Positions 23,904 to 29,930 of a DNA stretch of 40,216 bases are shown in pieces. The stretch is from a virus. Under the pieces are notes generated by a model. The model saw only the letters and a program-made list of their open reading frames with translations, made no database searches and was not told the DNA's origin. Position numbers and translations under genes: made by a program. The stretch covers positions 1-40,216 of IMG/VR virus record IMGVR_UViG_3300017685_000004. One strand, given 5' to 3'. Position 1 is the first letter of the stretch; each line of letters begins with the position of its first letter.

Positions 23904-24247
23904 GCCGCCACCGATAGGCCGCTCTCAGCGACATAGACGGTGGTGAGGCTGTTCGGCTGCACCCGGTCCACCGCCTGTTCGACGGTCGGCTGCGACAGGA
24001 TGCGGTCGACCATCGCGGTGTCACCAGCCGCCTCGGCAGCGAGGAACTGCGGGTCGAGGATCGCGGCGCGCAGGATATGCAGGCACTTGATCCGGAAGCC
24101 GGTGTACGTCGTCTCGCGGCGGTCAACGCGATCCCATGCGGGGATCGTCGTCAGCGGCGCGGGGCGGGTGATGAAGCTGTTCAGCAGGCGACGGACGCGG
24201 CTATCGCTCGTCCAGTGGCGCGCTTTGATGATGGGTGTGTGGTGCAC
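23900..24247 (-). CDS. First gene of the early-left operon, hypothetical (115 aa)
   Basis: GTG start 6 nt after GGGAG, about 40 nt downstream of the candidate PL. Confidence 0.5.
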   Translation of the reverse strand: MHHTPIIKARHWTSDSRVRRLLNSFITRPAPLTTIPAWDRVDRRETTYTGFRIKCLHILRAAILDPQFLAAEAAGDTAMVDRILSQPTVEQAVDRVQPNSLTTVYVAESGLSVAA

Positions 24248-24291
24248 TGCTTGCTCCCATGCTGCCAGCGAGGGGCTGGCCTGATGGGAGA

Positions 24292-24320
24292 GGTATGCGC
24301 TACGATATGCGTAGCGTCAA
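24292..24320 (-). promoter_or_regulatory. Candidate PL promoter (leftward)
   Basis: On the - strand: TTGACG (complement of 24315..24320), a 17-nt spacer, then CATACC (complement of 24292..24297). The spacer is exactly operator OL1. An A/T-rich stretch upstream (24336..24355) is UP-like. Confidence 0.45.
24298..24316. promoter_or_regulatory. Operator OL1: CGCTACG-ATATG-CGTAGCG
   Basis: Perfect 7-bp inverted arms around a 5-bp spacer. The same GCTACG-N5-CGTAGC core recurs at 24977..24993. Confidence 0.7.
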
Positions 24321-24335
24321 TACGAAAAGCGTAGC
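24319..24335. promoter_or_regulatory. Operator OL2 (imperfect): AATACG-AAAAG-CGTAGC
   Basis: The right arm matches 6/6 and the left arm 4/6. Its centre is 20 bp from the OL1 centre. Confidence 0.45.
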
Positions 24336-24440
24336 AGACATGCTATTATTTTTCAGGCACACCTCTTGCCCTAAATCAGTGTGTTCGCCAGAACGGAAAC
24401 AGAACAACGGAGAATGAAAAGGTGCAGCGCGTTAAGCTGT

Positions 24441-24463
24441 GCCAGCCGGAGTGTGAGGCTGGC
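24441..24463 (-). terminator. GC-rich hairpin downstream of the repressor gene
   Basis: GCCAGCC-N9-GGCTGGC, a 7-bp stem about 40 nt after the repressor stop. There is no clear U tract. Confidence 0.3.
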
Positions 24464-24500
24464 TGCGTACCATGCTACCTAGATTGCGCGATGGCGCGAT

Positions 24501-24908
24501 CTACGATGCTGTCACTGTCTCACGGTATCGACCAGCTGCTGCACGAGCAGCCACCGCCAGAGCATCCTCAGTGGCCTCGTTGGCGCGACTCCTACCAAGA
24601 AGCGCAAGCCCATATGACAGAGATTCAGCTAAGGCTTTCCGCGATCGATCCGTCATTCGACCAGTCGGGATCAACGGTAGTAGCGCATCTAGGATCGGTT
24701 CAAGCGCGCTCGCACTGAACGTCTCCCCGATCCCGAAATGCTCAATCAGCACCTTAGCCTCATCAAGGGTAATGCGCCGCTTACCCGAAAACACCTCTGC
24801 GATCCGCGATGACGGAAGACCGGTCAGCCGCGCCAAGTCGGCGTTGCTGGTCCGCCCTTGCTCTTTTAGGAGCAAAAGTTGGTCGAGGAGTTCGGCATGG
24901 CTTAACAC
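24501..24908 (-). CDS. Prophage repressor (CI-like HTH, no recognisable S24 peptidase domain)
   Basis: The HTH is TSNADLARLTGLPSSRIAEVFSGKRRITLDEAKVL. GTG start after AGAGAGG. The gene is flanked by operator clusters and lies divergent from the cro-like gene. The C-terminal half lacks a LexA-like Ser/Lys motif. Confidence 0.7.
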   Translation of the reverse strand: MLSHAELLDQLLLLKEQGRTSNADLARLTGLPSSRIAEVFSGKRRITLDEAKVLIEHFGIGETFSASALEPILDALLPLIPTGRMTDRSRKALAESLSYGLALLGRSRANEATEDALAVAARAAAGRYRETVTAS

Positions 24909-24942
24909 CGCGCCTCTCTGACAAAAGCCGGTAGCGAAGTCC

Positions 24943-24959
24943 GCAACGAACAACGTAGT
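24943..24959. promoter_or_regulatory. Operator OR2 (imperfect): GCAACG-AACAA-CGTAGT
   Basis: Each arm matches the GCTACG-N5-CGTAGC core 5/6. It lies between the repressor and cro-like starts. Confidence 0.45.
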
Positions 24960-24966
24960 TACCCCC

Positions 24967-24995
24967 TTGCGCTTGTGCTACGTTTATCGTAGCTA
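24967..24995 (+). promoter_or_regulatory. Candidate PR promoter (rightward)
   Basis: TTGCGC (24967..24972), a 17-nt spacer, then TAGCTA (24990..24995). The cro-like ATG at 25002 sits where the transcription start would fall. Confidence 0.45.
24977..24993. promoter_or_regulatory. Operator OR1: GCTACG-TTTAT-CGTAGC
   Basis: Perfect 6-bp inverted arms around a 5-bp A/T spacer. It overlaps the candidate PR. Confidence 0.7.
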
Positions 24996-25001
24996 TCGGG
25001 A

Positions 25002-25232
25002 ATGGCTACCGCGCATGACATTCTGAGCAAGCTGGGAGGCCCGGCAAAAGCCGCGCGCGTTACCGGCGTACCCCTCACCACCGTGATCGGCTGGCGTGAT
25101 CGCAACTTCATCCCGGAATGGCGCCGGGCAGCGATCGTTGATGCGGCGCAGGAGAGCGGGGTTTCGCTGACGCACTCAGACTTCCCGCCAAAGCCTGCGC
25201 CCCGCCCCACCGAACAGGCGGTGACGCTGTGA
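25002..25232 (+). CDS. Cro-like small DNA-binding regulator
   Basis: ILSKLGGPAKAARVTGVPLTTVIGWRDRNFIP is an HTH of the Cro/YdaS kind. It is the first rightward gene, 93 bp from the repressor start. No usable SD (GGGA is adjacent to the ATG). Confidence 0.65.
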   Translation: MATAHDILSKLGGPAKAARVTGVPLTTVIGWRDRNFIPEWRRAAIVDAAQESGVSLTHSDFPPKPAPRPTEQAVTL

Positions 25233-25552
25233 GCGGGCCGTTCACCCGCGTCGGCAAGGAAATCCTCGCCAACGGCTATCACTATGCCGATGCCGCTGAT
25301 GAGACGGCCGGACAGTTCATCCTTGACCGTCTCACGGCGCAAGGGTGGCAGCCGATCGAGACGGCGCCGCGTGATTACACTCGTATCCTTGTCTTCAGCA
25401 ATCGCGGTGTCTTCGCGGTTGAGTTTGACCCCTCTTGGGGCGCCGACGGCTGGTGGCTCTGCGTCGATGGCAAGCATGACGAATATCCGCTGCGCGGTAA
25501 TGCGCCCACCCACTGGATGCCCCTCCCCTCTCCGCCAGTGGAGGGCCGGTAA
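25229..25552 (+). CDS. DUF551-like phage protein (second copy in this genome)
   Basis: WQPIETAPRDYTRILVF...THWMPLPSPP. GTGA overlap with the upstream gene. Confidence 0.55.
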   Translation: MSGPFTRVGKEILANGYHYADAADETAGQFILDRLTAQGWQPIETAPRDYTRILVFSNRGVFAVEFDPSWGADGWWLCVDGKHDEYPLRGNAPTHWMPLPSPPVEGR

Positions 25553-25786
25553 GTGGTAGACACCTGGGCCGCCTACTACCGCCGCGCCGCTGCTGAGGAA
25601 GCCGCGCTCGGGAATGACCGGGCTGCTGCCGCGTGCCTCCGTCATGCGCGCCGAGCCGACGTGTCCGCCGAACTGGCCCGCATGACCGTGCTTTTCCAGC
25701 AGCGCGCCATCACCGCTGCGGCGGGCTTCGGCCCCACTTCCACTCAATCGATCCATTCCGGGGCTAATGCCCCCAAAGCGGAGTAA
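25553..25786 (+). CDS. Hypothetical protein (77 aa)
   Basis: GTG start 7 nt after GGAGGG. Confidence 0.4.
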   Translation: MVDTWAAYYRRAAAEEAALGNDRAAAACLRHARRADVSAELARMTVLFQQRAITAAAGFGPTSTQSIHSGANAPKAE

Positions 25787-25790
25787 TATC

Positions 25791-26216
25791 ATGCCGCGTC
25801 GATCATCGATCGTACAAGATATCATTTCGGCACAGGAGCGGATGCTGCGGCTTGCCGAGCGCGACCACGCCCTGACGCTGGACGTGCTGACGCAGGAGAC
25901 GGGCATCCCCAAGCCCACACTCGCCAGCTACAAGCGCGGTGTCGCCATGCCGCATTATGCCTTCGCGCTGCTGTGCGAGGTGATCCCGGACGAGCTGACC
26001 TCGCTGCTGCTGCCGGCCGGCAAATATGTGTCGTCCAGCGAGCCCGAGGATGGCGATCTGGATGCGGTGGCGCGCGATGCCGCTGCCTTCAATGTCGAAT
26101 ATCTGGACGCGCACCACCCGGCCGGGGAAGGCGGATCGACCGTCACGCCTCGCGAGCGCGCCAATCTGCGGGATGCCGCGCGCCGGCTCGCCAGTGTCGC
26201 TCGGAGGGCAGCATGA
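25791..26216 (+). CDS. HTH regulator candidate (141 aa)
   Basis: ATG after GCGGAG. LTLDVLTQETGIPKPTLASYKRG is HTH-like. Confidence 0.5.
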   Translation: MPRRSSIVQDIISAQERMLRLAERDHALTLDVLTQETGIPKPTLASYKRGVAMPHYAFALLCEVIPDELTSLLLPAGKYVSSSEPEDGDLDAVARDAAAFNVEYLDAHHPAGEGGSTVTPRERANLRDAARRLASVARRAA

Positions 26217-26557
26217 AGCCCGCCACACAAGAGCAGATCGAGGAAGCGTGCATGACGCGCAGTGCTGAGGAAGCGCGCGCGTATCTCGCTGGCCTCGGCT
26301 ATCACGCGAAGGTCACTCACTGCCGTGATACGGTGGTCCGGCTGGTATCGGCTGGCGCACGGGTGCCGTTGAAGACCGGCGCGGTTGATACCGAGATCAA
26401 GGCCGAGCACGCGGTGATGGGCAGTGATCGGTTGGCCCGCGCCATGATCGCTAGCTTCCGGCGCAAGGCCAAGCGCCTTGGCTGCACGGTCGAGGATGCG
26501 ATGGCGACCAGTCTGTACGACCCAGCCACCGTGTCGGCCTGGAAGCGCGTCGCATGA
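26213..26557 (+). CDS. Hypothetical protein (114 aa)
   Basis: ATGA overlap after GGAGGG; internal start of track ORF 25973..26557. Confidence 0.5.
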   Translation: MKPATQEQIEEACMTRSAEEARAYLAGLGYHAKVTHCRDTVVRLVSAGARVPLKTGAVDTEIKAEHAVMGSDRLARAMIASFRRKAKRLGCTVEDAMATSLYDPATVSAWKRVA

Positions 26558-26718
26558 GCCTCGCATCAGCCATCGGCGCTCACTTCGCCCGCCGTCGCCA
26601 GCAGGCCGCGCAGCTTCGCCTCGCCATGATGGTCGAGGCCCGCCGCCATAACCCCAACACCGTGCAGTACCGCGCCCGCCGCGCTGCTGCGCTCAAGCAT
26701 ACGAGAGGCCAAGCATGA
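26554..26718 (+). CDS. Small basic protein (54 aa, below the track cutoff)
   Basis: ATGA overlaps at both ends. Translation is MSLASAIGAHFARRRQQAAQLRLAMMVEARRHNPNTVQYRARRAAALKHTRGQA. Confidence 0.4.
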   Translation: MSLASAIGAHFARRRQQAAQLRLAMMVEARRHNPNTVQYRARRAAALKHTRGQA

Positions 26719-26954
26719 GCGAGAACGCCACCAACGCCGAACTGCGCCTGCTGGCCGAGCGCATCGAGCGCCTGACCGAGGAACGCAAGGGCATCAGCGA
26801 CGACATCCGTGACGTGTACGCGGAGGCCAAGGGCCGGGGCTTTGACGTGCCTGCCCTACGCGAGGTCGTGAAGTTGCGTGCGATCGACCGGCAGAAGCGC
26901 GAGGAAAAGGCCGCGATCGTGCAGCTGTACGGCGAGCAGCTGGGGCTGTTCTGA
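26715..26954 (+). CDS. gapR: GapR-like nucleoid-associated protein (DUF2312/UPF0335)
   Basis: ELRLLAERIERLTEERKGISDDIRDVYAEAKGRGFDVPALREVVKLRAIDRQKREEKAAIVQLYGEQLG follows the DUF2312 consensus almost residue for residue. Confidence 0.85.
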   Translation: MSENATNAELRLLAERIERLTEERKGISDDIRDVYAEAKGRGFDVPALREVVKLRAIDRQKREEKAAIVQLYGEQLGLF

Positions 26955-26956
26955 CC

Positions 26957-27307
26957 GTGGCGGATATCATCCTCCCCTGGCCACCCGCCAGCCTGTCCGG
27001 CCATGCCAAGGGGCACTGGCGCGGCAAGGCAGCGGTGACGGCCAAACATCGCGAGTGGGCGTTCAATGCTGCTCGCGATGCGGGCTTCATTGCAGGTGCC
27101 TTGGAATTCCAAGGGACCGGCGACATCCGCATCATCGCGACCTTCTACCCGCCGTCACGCCGCGGCGATCGGGTGAACTTCCCCAATCGGATGAAGCCCT
27201 ATTGGGACGGCATTGCCGACGCCCTGAAGGTCAATGACAGCCGCTTCCTGCCCAGCTTCGTCTTTGGCGAGCCGGTCAAGGGCGGCCAGGTCGTGGTGTC
27301 GCTATGA
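26957..27307 (+). CDS. rusA: RusA-like Holliday junction resolvase
   Basis: IILPWPPAS, PSRRGDRVNFPNRMKPYWDGIADALKVNDSRF and KGGQVVVSL align with the E. coli RusA blocks ITLPWPPS, PDRRRRDLDNLQKAAFDAL..DD and KGGRLELTI. Confidence 0.7.
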   Translation: MADIILPWPPASLSGHAKGHWRGKAAVTAKHREWAFNAARDAGFIAGALEFQGTGDIRIIATFYPPSRRGDRVNFPNRMKPYWDGIADALKVNDSRFLPSFVFGEPVKGGQVVVSL

Positions 27308-28104
27308 GCATGGACTGGTTCCGCTCGCATCACGGTGCTCCTACCGACCCCAAATGGCTGCTGATCGCCAAGCGCGCCAGCGTCCGTCCCATCCACGTCA
27401 TCGGTACGTGGTGGGCGCTTCTCGACTATGCCTCCCAACACTCCGATCGTGGGTCTATCGACGGGTTCGATACCGAAACGTTCGCACTGTTCGCCGGTTT
27501 GGAAGACGAGCACGTGTCACGCATTGTCACAACGCTGCGTGACAAGGGGCTGATTGACGGCACTCGCATCGCCCAATGGGGGAAGCGGCAGCCCAAGCGC
27601 GAGGACGCCGATGCCAACGAACGGCAGCGGCGTCACCGGGCTAATAAGCCGAAAAACGGCGGAAATCCGCCATCTGGCGGCAGCGGTGGCACCCCTGACA
27701 GCACCACCCCCGGTGACGGTCACGCAATGTCACGCAATGTCACGCTAGATACAGATAAGATAAGAGAAGAAGATTCCGTTGCTAACGCAACGGGCACGGT
27801 CGTGCCGCTGAGCGCAGCCGCTTTCTGCAAAGCCGTCTTCGACAGCGCCATCCCGCTGATTGTGGCCACCGGACGCACCGAGCGTGACGCTCGCTCCGTC
27901 ATCGGCCGCTGGCGGAAGACCTGTGGCGACGCCGACCTCCTCACCCTGATCCGTCAATCCGAAATCGAGATGCACAGCGATCCCCTCGAATGGATCACTG
28001 CTGCCGTGGAGACCCGCAATGGCAACCGAACTGGCACGCATTACCCCAAGCGCGACCGATCCAGCGAAATTGATGACGCTGCCCGAAACCTTGGCTTTGG
28101 CTGA
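27304..28104 (+). CDS. Replication initiator candidate (lambda O-like organisation, ori embedded)
   Basis: N-terminal MDWFRSHHGAPTDPKWLLIAKRASV...WWALLDYASQ is winged-helix-like. A basic/Gly linker follows. Iterons and an AT-rich tract lie inside the linker coding region. Confidence 0.5.
   Translation: MSMDWFRSHHGAPTDPKWLLIAKRASVRPIHVIGTWWALLDYASQHSDRGSIDGFDTETFALFAGLEDEHVSRIVTTLRDKGLIDGTRIAQWGKRQPKREDADANERQRRHRANKPKNGGNPPSGGSGGTPDSTTPGDGHAMSRNVTLDTDKIREEDSVANATGTVVPLSAAAFCKAVFDSAIPLIVATGRTERDARSVIGRWRKTCGDADLLTLIRQSEIEMHSDPLEWITAAVETRNGNRTGTHYPKRDRSSEIDDAARNLGFG
27713..27793. other. Candidate origin of replication: iterons, AT-rich tract and inverted repeat
   Basis: An inverted GTGAC is followed by three GTCACGC(A/T)A(T/G) iterons. 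Next comes ATACAGATAAGATAAGAGAAGAAGATT, then CCGTTGC-N4-GCAACGG. Confidence 0.55.
27719..27748 (+). repeat. Three tandem 10-bp iterons: GTCACGCAAT GTCACGCAAT GTCACGCTAG
   Basis: Read directly. The first two copies are identical and the third differs at two positions. Confidence 0.9.
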
Positions 28105-28708
28105 CAATCCCTACGCTCATGGGCCGTGGGATGCGCATCAGGCGGCCAAGAAATTCCACCCGGCCGCCCTGCCCCGGCTGATTGCGGCACACGACGCTGC
28201 GCTGGCACCGTCCGACCGGGACTGGCTGCAAAAGCGGCTCCGGCTACTGTGGAAGTCCTCGACGCCGGCTGGTAGCCTCGACGCGACGGCATGGCTGCAC
28301 GAGACCGGCCGGTTGCTGGAAGACCTGCCGCAGGACATCCTCGCGGAAGCGATCGACCAAGCGGTGATGCAGAGCGAGCGCGGGTTCATGCCCAGCGTTG
28401 GCCAGATCCGCGCCATTGCCGAGCCCCGCCTTCGTGATCGTCAGCGCGCAGCTGCCCGTCTCGCCGCGATCCGCGACCGGGACGAAGTATCCGCCAACCC
28501 GACTCCGCCCGCGCCTGCCGATACGATGGAGTCGACTGCGGACATCCTGAAGCGCGTCTGGCCCGGCATGGCCAAGCACGAGAAGGGCCACCGCGACGAC
28601 GGCGACAAGCTGAACTTGAACCCCGATCGCGAGTGTCGCCGGCCGAACGCGGCGGATTACAAGCGGCTGTTCGGCATTGAACTGCCGCCCGAAGATCAGG
28701 CCGCGTGA
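28019..28708 (+). CDS. Hypothetical replication-module protein (229 aa)
   Basis: ATG 6 nt after GGAGA, with an 86-nt overlap with the initiator gene. An alternative ATG at 28073 has no SD. Confidence 0.5.
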   Translation: MATELARITPSATDPAKLMTLPETLALADNPYAHGPWDAHQAAKKFHPAALPRLIAAHDAALAPSDRDWLQKRLRLLWKSSTPAGSLDATAWLHETGRLLEDLPQDILAEAIDQAVMQSERGFMPSVGQIRAIAEPRLRDRQRAAARLAAIRDRDEVSANPTPPAPADTMESTADILKRVWPGMAKHEKGHRDDGDKLNLNPDRECRRPNAADYKRLFGIELPPEDQAA

Positions 28709-28877
28709 TGTGGTCCCTTGGTATCACGGCCGGCGGTTCTTTGCGTGCCACTGCGGCTACCGCGCCGAGACGATCGACGGCAGCACGCTCGACACCTGCG
28801 AGCAGTGCAAGCGCCGAGACTTTTCCGAATGGGTGCCGCCCGCTGTGCGCCGCGCCCGTCAGCAGTCCTGTGCATAG
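28677..28877 (+). CDS. Small zinc-ribbon protein, start uncertain
   Basis: CHCG...CEQC gives two Cys pairs. The track start is a TTG; an alternative GTG lies at 28710. Confidence 0.35.
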   Translation: MNCRPKIRPRDVVPWYHGRRFFACHCGYRAETIDGSTLDTCEQCKRRDFSEWVPPAVRRARQQSCA

Positions 28878-28889
28878 GAGCAAGTGAGC

Positions 28890-29174
28890 ATGCCACGTCC
28901 GACACAGGCTGTGCCCGACGACTTCGCGAAGTACGCATCGATCGAGGGAAACCTTCGCCTCCGAAAGCGGTACGGCGTGGGAGGTGCTACGATCGAGCGC
29001 TGGCGTGCCATCATCGGTGCGCGGTATAACCGGCCCACTATGCCCAAACAGGTCAAGATCGCGGCTAAGAAACGCATCCGTGCCCGGTGGCAGGCGCAGG
29101 AGCGGATCGAGGACCTGGACGATGGTTTTGATCTGGGGCGGTGCGCTCGTAGCGGGGGTGTGGGGGGCTGGTGA
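28890..29174 (+). CDS. Small HTH-like protein (94 aa)
   Basis: ATG 9 nt after AGGAG. LRKRYGVGGATIERWRA is HTH-like. It lies just upstream of the packaging genes. Confidence 0.45.
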   Translation: MPRPTQAVPDDFAKYASIEGNLRLRKRYGVGGATIERWRAIIGARYNRPTMPKQVKIAAKKRIRARWQAQERIEDLDDGFDLGRCARSGGVGGW

Positions 29175-29545
29175 TGAGTATCCACGCTACTTCATTGGGG
29201 TTGCGACTGCCCGTATATTTGTTTGATAAACTGCGTATGGAAAGGCGCCGTAGCGGGGCACCATACTCCGAAACGACGCGTATCGCGCTAGACCGGTATT
29301 TTGAGGCAGAAGCCATGAATGACGCGAAATCTACCGATTGGGCGGATCGACGCAGGGGTTATGATCGGCCGTGGCTTTCAGCGAGGGAATGGTTGGCGTT
29401 CTACTGCGAGGAAAATGGCGACGCTGAGATGGCACGTAAGTTCCTTGAGGATGATGACGATCCTATCGTAATCGCCGCAGTAAAGGCTTCAATCAGCTTC
29501 TGCCGACAGGAGATACAACGCGGCAGGGGCAAAGCCGATGCCTGA
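29174..29545 (+). CDS. Ribbon-helix-helix (CopG/Arc-like) domain protein, compositional outlier
   Basis: LGLRLPVYLFDKLRMERRRSGAPYSETTRIALDRYF is RHH-like. The gene is visibly more A/T-rich, with A/T-ending codons, than its neighbours. Confidence 0.5.
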   Translation: MSIHATSLGLRLPVYLFDKLRMERRRSGAPYSETTRIALDRYFEAEAMNDAKSTDWADRRRGYDRPWLSAREWLAFYCEENGDAEMARKFLEDDDDPIVIAAVKASISFCRQEIQRGRGKADA

Positions 29546-29930
29546 CACCGAAAATACGGGCCGGCAACGGTTCGTCCAGGCAGGCGAGCCACACCGCTTT
29601 GGTCCCGGTAACCCCGGTCGCCCAAAAGGCGCGCGCAACAAGCTAGGCGAAGCGTTCATTGAGGCTCTGCATGATGACTTCGGCAAGCATGGGGTTGAGG
29701 CGATCGTGGAGGTGCGCGAGAACAAGCCCGACCAGTACCTGAAGGTCATCGCCTCGCTGCTGCCCAAGGACGTGAACCTCAATATCACTGATGACACAAG
29801 CGAGATGACGGATGACGAGCTTGTCGAGCGGATCGAGCGCCTCACGTCGGCAGTCGCTCCTTTCCTCGCTGGCCGAGCTGGAGACGCTGCGGAAGCAGCT
29901 GGCACGACGGCGGCTGCTGGCCTTCACTGA
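29538..29930 (+). CDS. terS: Terminase small subunit candidate
   Basis: The FGPGNPGRPKGARNK motif is typical of small terminase/DUF5681-like proteins. It lies immediately upstream of TerL and overlaps it. Confidence 0.55.
   Translation: MPDTENTGRQRFVQAGEPHRFGPGNPGRPKGARNKLGEAFIEALHDDFGKHGVEAIVEVRENKPDQYLKVIASLLPKDVNLNITDDTSEMTDDELVERIERLTSAVAPFLAGRAGDAAEAAGTTAAAGLH

Noticed and set aside
24414-24482. A 22-codon + strand ORF (MKRCSALSCASRSVRLAAYHAT) between PL and the repressor gene
   Set aside because: GGAGA abuts the ATG, so the spacing is too short. The ORF coincides with the hairpin downstream of the repressor gene, so it is probably not translated.
24422-24921. + strand ORFs 24422..24718 and 24472..24921 opposite the repressor gene
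   Set aside because: They are antisense to an ORF with a clear HTH that is flanked by operators, and they have no SD.
24909-24953. A longer repressor form starting at the TTG at 24953
   Set aside because: It would place operator OR2 inside the coding sequence and has no SD. GTG 24908 follows AGAGAGG.
24959-25918. A 319-aa - strand ORF across the cro-like / DUF551 region, plus similar antisense ORFs at 32568..33350, 33322..34170 and 35782..36633
   Set aside because: These overlap well-supported + strand genes and have biased Arg/Ser/Pro/Gly composition. The first would also run through the operator and promoter region.
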